Part shown: piece after piece, positions 46,994 to 54,832 of the stretch
Layout of the letters: each line of letters begins with the position of its first letter
Numbering within the stretch: position 1 is the stretch's first letter
IMG/VR virus record: IMGVR_UViG_3300031420_000003
Span: 160,001 to 224,000 of that record
Reading direction: 5' to 3' (one strand)
Length of the DNA stretch: 64,000 bases
Origin: a virus
Made by a program: the position numbers and the translations under genes
The notes under the pieces: generated by a model
What the model was told of the DNA's origin: nothing
Databases searched by the model: none
Seen by the model: the letters and a program-made list of their open reading frames with translations, nothing else

Positions 46994-47515
46994 TTAAATG
47001 ACGTTGAAAGCGTGGGCAACCAGCTGCTTCAGGTCATTGTCGATGATGCGACGAATCAGACGATCGATGTTGTTACGCTGACCGTAATCCGCTTTGTTCT
47101 GGGACTTCGCAAACCGCGCCACGTTGTTGATGAAGATAAGGTACACTTCACGCTCGGACTGGTCAGGGAAGGTTTCCATGAAACGGTTGATGGTGGTCAG
47201 GCTGAACAGACCCTTGTTGTATTTCGTGGCCGAGGTCACGAACACACCGAAGGCGTCCATAAACGCATCACCGCGCAGTTCCCACAGCTTACGCCATGCC
47301 TGTTGCACTTTGGCAATGGCCTGCTTCTCTTCCTGCGTACCCGTAGGCTTGCCCGGCGCAGTAGCTTTACCGGCTTCGTCCAGCAGTTCAGTGATAAGCT
47401 TGACTGCGTACTTCTCATCCTGCGTATAACCCGCATTGGACACGACATCTTTGTCGCGCTGTGGAGCATCAACGCGCACGGCGTTGGTGTTGGTATCGTT
47501 GCTAGCAGAACCCAT
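46994..47515 (-). CDS. Conserved protein next to vRNAP subunit (phiKZ gp81-like position)
   Basis: TAAGGA RBS; synteny. Confidence 0.7.
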   Translation of the reverse strand: MGSASNDTNTNAVRVDAPQRDKDVVSNAGYTQDEKYAVKLITELLDEAGKATAPGKPTGTQEEKQAIAKVQQAWRKLWELRGDAFMDAFGVFVTSATKYNKGLFSLTTINRFMETFPDQSEREVYLIFINNVARFAKSQNKADYGQRNNIDRLIRRIIDNDLKQLVAHAFNVI

Positions 47516-47525
47516 GATTCAGTCC

Positions 47526-48830
47526 TTACGTAATGTGGAGTAGGGGATCGTATTCTTCAACGACGGTTTCACGACCGTGCATCGCGCCCATGGCGTTCAA
47601 CATGATGTTGGACATCCCGGTGGCGATATCGGCGGCAATCGCGCGTTCTTCCTTTGCTTTATCGAGAGACGCACAAGCCGCGCAGCAGTCCACGTGCCCC
47701 CGTTGGCATAAAATAGGTCGACGAATACGAATCGTTTTACCGTTCATCCCTTTCAGGATGTCTATGCTCAGTGGTACGAGTTTGTTGTTCTCGACCATGT
47801 GCATACCGGTGTACATAAACTGGTTAGCGGGGGTGATGGTCACCGCATGGGTAAGCTTCGTCCCGCAGTCACCTTCAACGATACGGTGGTTCTGGAAAAT
47901 CATCTGGATGATTCGTACCTGCTCACCACCCTTCGCGGTTTCTGCACCACGCATGAAGGAACCTTCACGGGTCGAGTTGTACTTGTCAACCAGATACTCC
48001 ATGCCCGTCTTATCGACTTCCATCAGGGAGGTCGGAATCAGGGTGAAGTCCGCACCTTCTTTAAAGGCGGTCTCGATGCCGTACATCAGGAAAAGCTTAC
48101 GACGACGCATCCTCGATTTCTTGGAGGCGTAGAACTGAATCGACTGGTCACCCGACAACCATTCGGTATCCAGTGCATCCAACGCCTTCTCAATCTGCAC
48201 GATAACGGCCGGGTTATCCAGCTCGTCTTTGTGCTTGAGCAGCAGTGCGTCACGGACTTTGTAGGTGTCCGGGTGTACCGACAACGAACGCAGGGTACCG
48301 GTTGGGGCAATGGCAATGGTCATCGGGGCAATCTCGCTTAAGCCCTGAATGAACTTCCCTACCATGCTAGGACGAATCGCCTCGTCGTTCTCGGGGTCAT
48401 CGTCTTCATTATCCAGACAGCGTTTGTAAATCTCTGACTGGTAAACGAGGGCCGTTGGGGCATCCGCCAAATACGGCATGCGTGTCCCGAAAGCGTAATA
48501 GATGACAATCCAGTTAAAGACGTAACGCCCTACCCCGGTTTCAATCTTCCCTTCAAAACCCGGATAGTGTTCGGGTATCATCGTGAAGCGGTCTTCTGCG
48601 TAGAACAACTCTGCGTTCTTGTCCGCCCCCTCAATCTTAATCCATTCACCCGGACTGTCTTCATCCGGCTCTTCCCAGTAATGGGGATAGCCGTCGATGT
48701 AGTTCAGGTCGTACTGCGAGGGTTCTTGGTTAGCTGGAAACTGACAGACGTTGAAGACACTCAGTCGCCAAATCAATCGCCGCCATGCCCCGCTATTACA
48801 CGCCGCAATCAGGTAATCAAGCTTGTTCAT
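47526..48830 (-). CDS. Virion RNA polymerase beta' C-terminal subunit (phiKZ gp80-like)
   Basis: REGSFMRGAETAKGG bridge helix; DCGT; RRPILC...CCAAC Zn site; trigger-loop-like MGAMHG. Confidence 0.88.
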   Translation of the reverse strand: MNKLDYLIAACNSGAWRRLIWRLSVFNVCQFPANQEPSQYDLNYIDGYPHYWEEPDEDSPGEWIKIEGADKNAELFYAEDRFTMIPEHYPGFEGKIETGVGRYVFNWIVIYYAFGTRMPYLADAPTALVYQSEIYKRCLDNEDDDPENDEAIRPSMVGKFIQGLSEIAPMTIAIAPTGTLRSLSVHPDTYKVRDALLLKHKDELDNPAVIVQIEKALDALDTEWLSGDQSIQFYASKKSRMRRRKLFLMYGIETAFKEGADFTLIPTSLMEVDKTGMEYLVDKYNSTREGSFMRGAETAKGGEQVRIIQMIFQNHRIVEGDCGTKLTHAVTITPANQFMYTGMHMVENNKLVPLSIDILKGMNGKTIRIRRPILCQRGHVDCCAACASLDKAKEERAIAADIATGMSNIMLNAMGAMHGRETVVEEYDPLLHIT

Positions 48831-49662
48831 TTTCTGCCGTCACCCCGTATATGGTTTTAAGCGCCTGTAAGCCATCCTGAAGCGTTTGAGTAGACGGGTA
48901 CCCATCTGTATTCAACGCATCAAAAGACTTCTCTAACTGCGTGTAAGCGCTGTCAAAATCATCACACTGGGCAACACACAAGCCCACACTGTAGATGGCC
49001 AGTAATTCGGTAGCACTGACCCCGTTTTCATCCCCGAAGTCAAACTGCTGGATAAGGACTTTCTCATCGATAACCGCCGGCAGGTTCATAAAGACCCACG
49101 CACTTGGGTTCTGCGGGTAATAACGCAGGTAGGCTGCCACCCGCGACATCCGGTCATCGCTGTTGAGGTTGTTCTTCTCAATGGTCGCCGCAGAGAGGAA
49201 GTTTTGCAGCACCGTCATCACACGCTGTTCGACATTGATAATCAAATCTTCGATGTGCAGGTTGTCATCACCGAACACGTAGCGAATCAGGTTCTCCAGG
49301 ACAAAGACAGGCGGTTCACCTGACAGCACGATACCGTACAGGGTGTCGACATCTTCGTTGGCTTCAAAGCCTTCCAAGAGACCATGGAGAATCAACCCGG
49401 TTTCCTTGGGTTTGTGCCATGCCACCTGTGGGTTAAACGCGATGCCGCATTTCGAACCAAAGCTCTTGGCACAGCGAATGATAATCTCTTCGTAACGAAT
49501 GGTTTCTTCATTCGGGTCAGGAATGGGCTGATGGTAAATCTCGGTTAACGCCGGCTCATAGCCGTTGTCGAGCAAGATGGTGGTCAGGTCTAACATCGCC
49601 GCCGCACGGGTCTCATGGCGATACATGATGAGCTGATCAGCGACATCGTCGTAGATATTCAT
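48817..49662 (-). CDS. Conserved hypothetical/virion protein (phiKZ gp79-like)
   Basis: GAAGGA RBS; synteny. Confidence 0.7.
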   Translation of the reverse strand: MNIYDDVADQLIMYRHETRAAAMLDLTTILLDNGYEPALTEIYHQPIPDPNEETIRYEEIIIRCAKSFGSKCGIAFNPQVAWHKPKETGLILHGLLEGFEANEDVDTLYGIVLSGEPPVFVLENLIRYVFGDDNLHIEDLIINVEQRVMTVLQNFLSAATIEKNNLNSDDRMSRVAAYLRYYPQNPSAWVFMNLPAVIDEKVLIQQFDFGDENGVSATELLAIYSVGLCVAQCDDFDSAYTQLEKSFDALNTDGYPSTQTLQDGLQALKTIYGVTAENEQA

Positions 49663-49712
49663 GGTGTGTGTCCTTCGTAGGGTTCATAACATCGGCCAGA
49701 CAAAAAAAGAAA

Positions 49713-49728
49713 GGGGGCCGAAGCCCCC
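49713..49728 (-). terminator. Intrinsic terminator, UUCG loop
   Basis: GGGGGC-CGAA-GCCCCC plus U-tract. Confidence 0.8.
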
Positions 49729-49734
49729 ACGATG

Positions 49735-50217
49735 TTACGTGTTCCCGTGCAACTGTTGTTCCAACGAGTCAACATCTTTTCCGGCTTTATTGAGTTCCTT
49801 GGACACCACCGCGTTATAACGCCCCACGACATTTATCATGCGCATGATTTCATAACGGGGTCGGTCAAGGAATTCATCGAACGACAGGTTGAACCGTTCG
49901 CCAATACGTTCACGAATGTACGTGTCCAACCAGATGTCCAACAGAGAGCCGGTCAGCGGGTCTTCGAAGTCAGAGAAGAACACCGAGTTAGGCCCGGTGT
50001 CATGCTCCAGTGCATCGTCGAATGCTTCCAACAACGTATCATGGGCTTCCTGATACGTGATGGGCTTCCCTTTGCGTGCCTTAAAGAGCGATGAAGCATC
50101 GAGCTTCAAGGTCGCGATGATGGTCTCGGTTGAAACGTGCTCGCTGTCTAGCCAATATCGGCGTATTGACTGAGCCAGAGCCTCTGCATTGCGGACACCG
50201 CACGAGATAGCGCGAAA
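49735..50217 (-). CDS. -1 frame ORF, probably the frameshift extension of 50148-52136 (tail/hub assembly chaperone T-like part)
   Basis: Frame is open from ~50256 to the stop at 49735 with no credible start or RBS; contains FNLSFDEFLDRPRYE. Confidence 0.65.
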   Translation of the reverse strand, partial: FRAISCGVRNAEALAQSIRRYWLDSEHVSTETIIATLKLDASSLFKARKGKPITYQEAHDTLLEAFDDALEHDTGPNSVFFSDFEDPLTGSLLDIWLDTYIRERIGERFNLSFDEFLDRPRYEIMRMINVVGRYNAVVSKELNKAGKDVDSLEQQLHGNT

Positions 50218-52136
50218 AAAACCCGGTCCGGTGAAATGGTCACGATACCACGGAAGTCACCGTCCGCCTCACCCTGCGACTGCTGGCACTGTGGGCAACG
50301 TTTGCCCATGTAACCAAACACCGCCAGACGAGACATCTCCGTGAACTTCGTGACTGCCGCTTCAAACTCCTGTACGTACAGGCGGTCCGCTGACAGCTCG
50401 GCCAACATGGCTTTGAGTTCGCCACGCACGGTGGTTTTCGATACCTGTCCATCACCCTCATCAACCGAGATGGATTTGACCATGTGCAGGTAACGGGTCA
50501 GACGACGAGACTCTGCGTTCACACGCAGGTGGTTCTCACGGTCTTTCTCCGTGGCATAGTCAGTCAATGCACGCGTGGTGGTGTCATTGATTTCCTGCGC
50601 CCACTCATCCGTGACATCAAAGAAGTCACCCAGAGTTGCACGACCAAACTCCACAGTCAGGCCATCTTTCTCAAAGATAGCAGCGGCCACCGACTTATGC
50701 TGCTGACGGTACGTTGTCTGCTCTTCGTAAGTGATGGTGTTTTCTGACTCATCTTCGCTACGCTGACGGTAATACAGCTGGCGCTGTTCGTCTGCGAGCA
50801 AACCGGTTGCCATGCGAATTGCACGGGCCAGATTCAGACGCCCTTCTTCAACGTGGTCACACGTCGGGTTCAGGCAGCTTAAGCCCCACGGAATACCGGT
50901 TGGGAACTTCGCTGCCAGCAGGCCAACAATAATGAACCAGTAGTCATCTTTATCGATGCGATCGATAAGGGTGGTCTTCAGGTCATCACCGCCAAGTTCG
51001 AGTGAACAGCCTTCCACAAACAGCAGGCAGAACTCGATGATGTTACGCACGTAGATACCGGACGAGGCCGACATCAGTAAGCCGTACGAGTTCATCCCGA
51101 CACGCGCCGTTTCCAGTGCCATCTGAATATCGAAATCACAGAAGTCACGTTCGTGCGGTGCACGGAAGCTCAGGCAGAAACCCGAGGCCGGCAGGAACAC
51201 CGTGGACGGTGAACCCGACTTACGTTTACGACGCAGGGCTGCCAGTGCGCCTTTACCTTTGGTCTGCACACTGACCAGACCACGATACGCCTGACCGTCC
51301 TGCTGGATACCTTGGTTCCAGACGGTGTCATCACGGGCCATGGCCATGTCAAAGCTTGCATGACGTGTACCCGGAGCCGTAGGCGGGGTATTCGACAGCA
51401 CCGCTTGCAGGCGGGTAAAGGTGCGCTCTTCTTCTTCGCTACGGAACAGTGGCGCATTACTGCGCGGGTCACGCTCAAGACTGGAGAAGAACTGGTTCAC
51501 CTGCTTTTGCATTTCAGGCAGTGACTGCATCGGCCCCACCAAGTCACCCATGCCAAGCAGCATCAGGTCTTGGTCTTCAGCACCGATACTGTTGATTTCA
51601 CTGGTGGCCAGTGAACTGCCTAAACGCATACGCGGGGTTTCGGCTTTCGGGTAGTCCGGCACACGCTCTTCTTCTTTCTCCGGCATCAACGGTTCAGCCT
51701 GCGTAGGCGTCTGCGGTGAAGCCGGGGCAGGTTCTTCTACCGGAGGCAAAAAAGAAGGGGCAGCGGACTGTGCTTCTTTTACTGTCGCATCCATAATCGG
51801 AGACGACTTTATAAACGGTGCAATCGGTTGCACCTGCTCTTCCAGTGGTTTAGCAACCAGTGGCTCCGGCGGGGTTGGTTCAGCATGAACGTGCTGATGC
51901 GTGATATTCGACGGGGCGACATCCTCACGCTGTGGTTGTGGGGCAGACTGGCTCAGCGGTTGAGCGTTCTCCTGCTCTTCCTTTAAAGCCAGCCCACGTT
52001 GTTCGTCGAGCATCACCCGCGCCTGAGCAATGCCCAGATTCGGGTTAGCTTCCATGATGGCCATCAGTTCAGCGGCATCATTGTTCGCCGATGGCGCAAT
52101 GCGACCGGTGCCCGGACGCCCTTCATTGTTCGACAT
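50148..52136 (-). CDS. CxxC-containing protein (phiKZ gp77-like; T4 gp26-like hub/tail assembly chaperone), 662 aa
   Basis: Pro/Glu-rich disordered N-terminus; CLNPTC and CPQC pairs; FF just after the last CxxC. Confidence 0.72.
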   Translation of the reverse strand: MSNNEGRPGTGRIAPSANNDAAELMAIMEANPNLGIAQARVMLDEQRGLALKEEQENAQPLSQSAPQPQREDVAPSNITHQHVHAEPTPPEPLVAKPLEEQVQPIAPFIKSSPIMDATVKEAQSAAPSFLPPVEEPAPASPQTPTQAEPLMPEKEEERVPDYPKAETPRMRLGSSLATSEINSIGAEDQDLMLLGMGDLVGPMQSLPEMQKQVNQFFSSLERDPRSNAPLFRSEEEERTFTRLQAVLSNTPPTAPGTRHASFDMAMARDDTVWNQGIQQDGQAYRGLVSVQTKGKGALAALRRKRKSGSPSTVFLPASGFCLSFRAPHERDFCDFDIQMALETARVGMNSYGLLMSASSGIYVRNIIEFCLLFVEGCSLELGGDDLKTTLIDRIDKDDYWFIIVGLLAAKFPTGIPWGLSCLNPTCDHVEEGRLNLARAIRMATGLLADEQRQLYYRQRSEDESENTITYEEQTTYRQQHKSVAAAIFEKDGLTVEFGRATLGDFFDVTDEWAQEINDTTTRALTDYATEKDRENHLRVNAESRRLTRYLHMVKSISVDEGDGQVSKTTVRGELKAMLAELSADRLYVQEFEAAVTKFTEMSRLAVFGYMGKRCPQCQQSQGEADGDFRGIVTISPDRVFFALSRAVSAMQRLWLSQYADIG
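50214..50220 (-). other. Candidate programmed -1 ribosomal frameshift site T TTT TTC
   Basis: In-frame ...CGG GTT TTT TTC GCG; a -1 slip enters the downstream ORF. Confidence 0.65.
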
Positions 52137-52767
52137 GCGTTTCTTCCTTCAGCTCGGTGACTTGACCTTCTGGCTTAGCCAGCGTGTCGATTGCCTGCTG
52201 CTCAGCAGCGGCCTGACGCTCGGCTTCGGACTCTTTCGCGATGTTCTCTGCCAGACGCTGTTTAGCAATCTCAACAGTGGCACCCGCTTTCACTTCACGT
52301 TCCACGAATTCGAGGTTACGGAAGTAGTCCTGCATGATTTCCAGAATCAGCCCGGTGTATTTCTGGCCTTCAACAGCTGCCAGCGTCGATTGGTGTTCCA
52401 GTGCCAGCTCAGCGACGAACGCTGCGTCTTTCATTTCTTTCCATGGACGCACGCGCAGGTCTTCAACGACTTGACCAGCCAGACGATCGGCTTCAGTGAT
52501 GATAACCGACAGGTCTTTACTGACTTGGCTGATAAGGCCGATGTAGGCAGCTTTGGTGCGCTCAGTCTGCTCACGTTTGTACGCATCCAGTTCGGTGGTA
52601 CCGGTGAGCGCCTTGAGGTCTACATCCAAACGACCTGCCACTTTGCCCGACTCCGCCGTGAACATGTCCTGAACGTAGAAGATGCTAGCCATCAGCTTCT
52701 CTAAACGTTCACGAGCCAGTTTACGTGGGTTATAGGCGGGTTTCTTTTTGCGCTGGGACATTGTCAT
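52123..52767 (-). CDS. Hypothetical helical protein, ~214 aa
   Basis: TAAGGA RBS; overlaps the next start. Confidence 0.72.
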   Translation of the reverse strand: MTMSQRKKKPAYNPRKLARERLEKLMASIFYVQDMFTAESGKVAGRLDVDLKALTGTTELDAYKREQTERTKAAYIGLISQVSKDLSVIITEADRLAGQVVEDLRVRPWKEMKDAAFVAELALEHQSTLAAVEGQKYTGLILEIMQDYFRNLEFVEREVKAGATVEIAKQRLAENIAKESEAERQAAAEQQAIDTLAKPEGQVTELKEETHVEQ

Positions 52768-52819
52768 TCCTTACCGGGAGGTTGTGTGGTTTACACACCA
52801 TATACCCGTAACGTTTTTA

Positions 52820-53200
52820 TTAGATATCGTGCGGCACAGTCACCCAAGCATTCCACTCGCTGTCGAACAGACGATAGGCAATCTTGGGGTTCTGGTCCAC
52901 ATTTCCTGATGGGTCATCGCGATACAGCACGTAGCTGTACAGCTCGTAAGACGCCGTCCCCCGGATGGAGGACTGACGCGTTACGTAGTAGGTCTTGCCC
53001 CGCTGGAGAATCATCAGCCCGGCTTTGTGTTCCGTTACCATGTAGTAATGAAACGCCGGGCCAATCACAGGGTCAGTGCAGAGTGCTTTAGCGACGTCTT
53101 CTGCGCCGGGATACGCCCTTAGAACGTTTTGGAGAAAACTTGCTAAGTTCAATCCGGCGTACGGGGGTTTGGGAAGCGAAGGAGTAGGAGGTACTAGCAT
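52820..53200 (-). CDS. Hypothetical protein, 126 aa
   Basis: ATG at 53200 (MLVPPTP) with AGGAG RBS, located inside the helicase 3' end. Confidence 0.62.
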   Translation of the reverse strand: MLVPPTPSLPKPPYAGLNLASFLQNVLRAYPGAEDVAKALCTDPVIGPAFHYYMVTEHKAGLMILQRGKTYYVTRQSSIRGTASYELYSYVLYRDDPSGNVDQNPKIAYRLFDSEWNAWVTVPHDI

Positions 53201-54785
53201 TGCTGCTCCTGATAACGTAGGGCGAAAATGCGATTTGGAACGACTTGACTTTCTCACCCAGTGAATTCTTGCGTGAGCTTAAGTACGTCCCGTGTTTAGG
53301 GATATCATTGCAGTGCAGGAACCAGACACGCGGGTCAATCGGCCAGCGTGTTGTTGCGCGCGGACGACCGGCAATCTGCTCGTTGAGCTGCTGGTCATCA
53401 ATTGGGATTGTCACGAACGCGTGCATTAATCCCGGGATATCGATGGCGGTACCGGCTTTGCCCGGAGTTGATACGCCGATATCGGCTGCGATGAAGTCAT
53501 CATACGAATCCCCCGCATTATACTTAAACACCTGCAAGTAGTCCCACTCGGATGCCGCGAGCTTACGTTGCAAGAATTCAGTAAAGAACGCACACATGTC
53601 AACGGTGGCAAAGAACACCAGTGCCTTCTGACCCACCTCGTAGTTCTTGAGGTACGTCTTTTGCATCAAGTCCCACACCATCTCGGCGAAGGACTCATGT
53701 GCATTGTACTTGACAAACGCCTTCTCAAGCATCTTGTGGTTATACGGGGTCATCTTCGATCCGTACATCACAAGCTTCTTGTTCTCGATGCTGTAGTACA
53801 ATGCTCGCACATCCACAACCGGAATAAACGGCACCGACACACGACAGTTCATGGGGAAGCGCTCTAAGTAGCGTTCACCGATAAACTGCTTGCTGGCACC
53901 CGGCGTTAAGGTTGCTGACATCTCGACGGTTGCCGGCGGGTTCAACATGATCCCGGCCAGATACACCAGATAGAAATGTTCGTGCACCTCATCACAGCCA
54001 ACCAGACCCACACCCATTACGTCGTAGAACTTCTCTAAGCACACGGCGTTCGAGTGCGCGGTGCTGATGTACTCTTTGATGAACATCATCAGGGAGGTGG
54101 TTGAGAAGATGATGATCTTTATTCCCTTCGCGTCCAGCTCACCGTTTAACCCCATCTGGTAGGCTTCGTAAATCCCCTCTACTCCTTTACAAACGTGCAC
54201 GCCTTCGGCAGGTTCTTGCAGACCGGTTGGGTCCTCGCTACAGTCGAACTTCCACTTATCAACGTAAGAGGCTCGGTGAATCAACGCTGTCCTGACACCT
54301 TTTCTCACCATTACTTTCTGGAAGGTTTTGGTCTTACCCCGTCCGGTCTGTATCGCAAAGATGGTTTGCATCTGCCCGTCAGAACAGGCAGTCTCCACCA
54401 CTTCGTTTTGGTAAAAGAAACGTGAGGTCTCATCCGTCACCACCATGTCAAAACCGTAATTGGCGAATTCGCACTTATACGGCTCGGCACGGGGATAATG
54501 ATGTTCCCGGATTTCGTAGTCAACCTTATACTCTACACCCACGTGATTGAGGATGGACTGAATGCGATTCAAGAATGTTTTGTGAAAGATAAAGGTGTGA
54601 ATGGTTGGCATGTGGACATAAAAGCCATCCCCTTTCTCCGTCACTATCCTTCCGTGGTCTTTGCCCATCTTCGGGGCGTGCAGATTCGCCTGTGCCCAGT
54701 CCAGTATCGCCACTTCCATCTGGCGGACAGGCACCTCCACACGTATACCCATGCTCGTGTGGGTAATGTGAATCGTATAGCGCAT
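53088..54785 (-). CDS. SF2 (DEAD/H-like) helicase (phiKZ gp75-like)
   Basis: QTGRGKT, DEVH, SAT, GTAIDIPG, QIAGRPR motifs. Confidence 0.9.
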   Translation of the reverse strand: MRYTIHITHTSMGIRVEVPVRQMEVAILDWAQANLHAPKMGKDHGRIVTEKGDGFYVHMPTIHTFIFHKTFLNRIQSILNHVGVEYKVDYEIREHHYPRAEPYKCEFANYGFDMVVTDETSRFFYQNEVVETACSDGQMQTIFAIQTGRGKTKTFQKVMVRKGVRTALIHRASYVDKWKFDCSEDPTGLQEPAEGVHVCKGVEGIYEAYQMGLNGELDAKGIKIIIFSTTSLMMFIKEYISTAHSNAVCLEKFYDVMGVGLVGCDEVHEHFYLVYLAGIMLNPPATVEMSATLTPGASKQFIGERYLERFPMNCRVSVPFIPVVDVRALYYSIENKKLVMYGSKMTPYNHKMLEKAFVKYNAHESFAEMVWDLMQKTYLKNYEVGQKALVFFATVDMCAFFTEFLQRKLAASEWDYLQVFKYNAGDSYDDFIAADIGVSTPGKAGTAIDIPGLMHAFVTIPIDDQQLNEQIAGRPRATTRWPIDPRVWFLHCNDIPKHGTYLSSRKNSLGEKVKSFQIAFSPYVIRSSNASTSYSFASQTPVRRIELSKFSPKRSKGVSRRRRRR

Positions 54786-54805
54786 AAGGCCCCTCTGAGA
54801 AAAAA

Positions 54806-54825
54806 AGAGGGGCGGGTGCCCCTCT
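54806..54825 (-). terminator. Intrinsic terminator between nvRNAP beta' and helicase
   Basis: AGAGGGGC-GGGT-GCCCCTCT plus U7. Confidence 0.72.
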
Positions 54826-54832
54826 CTCTTAT

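Noticed and set aside
50107-50109. TTG as an independent start of the 124-aa ORF
   Set aside because: No convincing Shine-Dalgarno, and the frame extends upstream through a slippery site; not fully excluded
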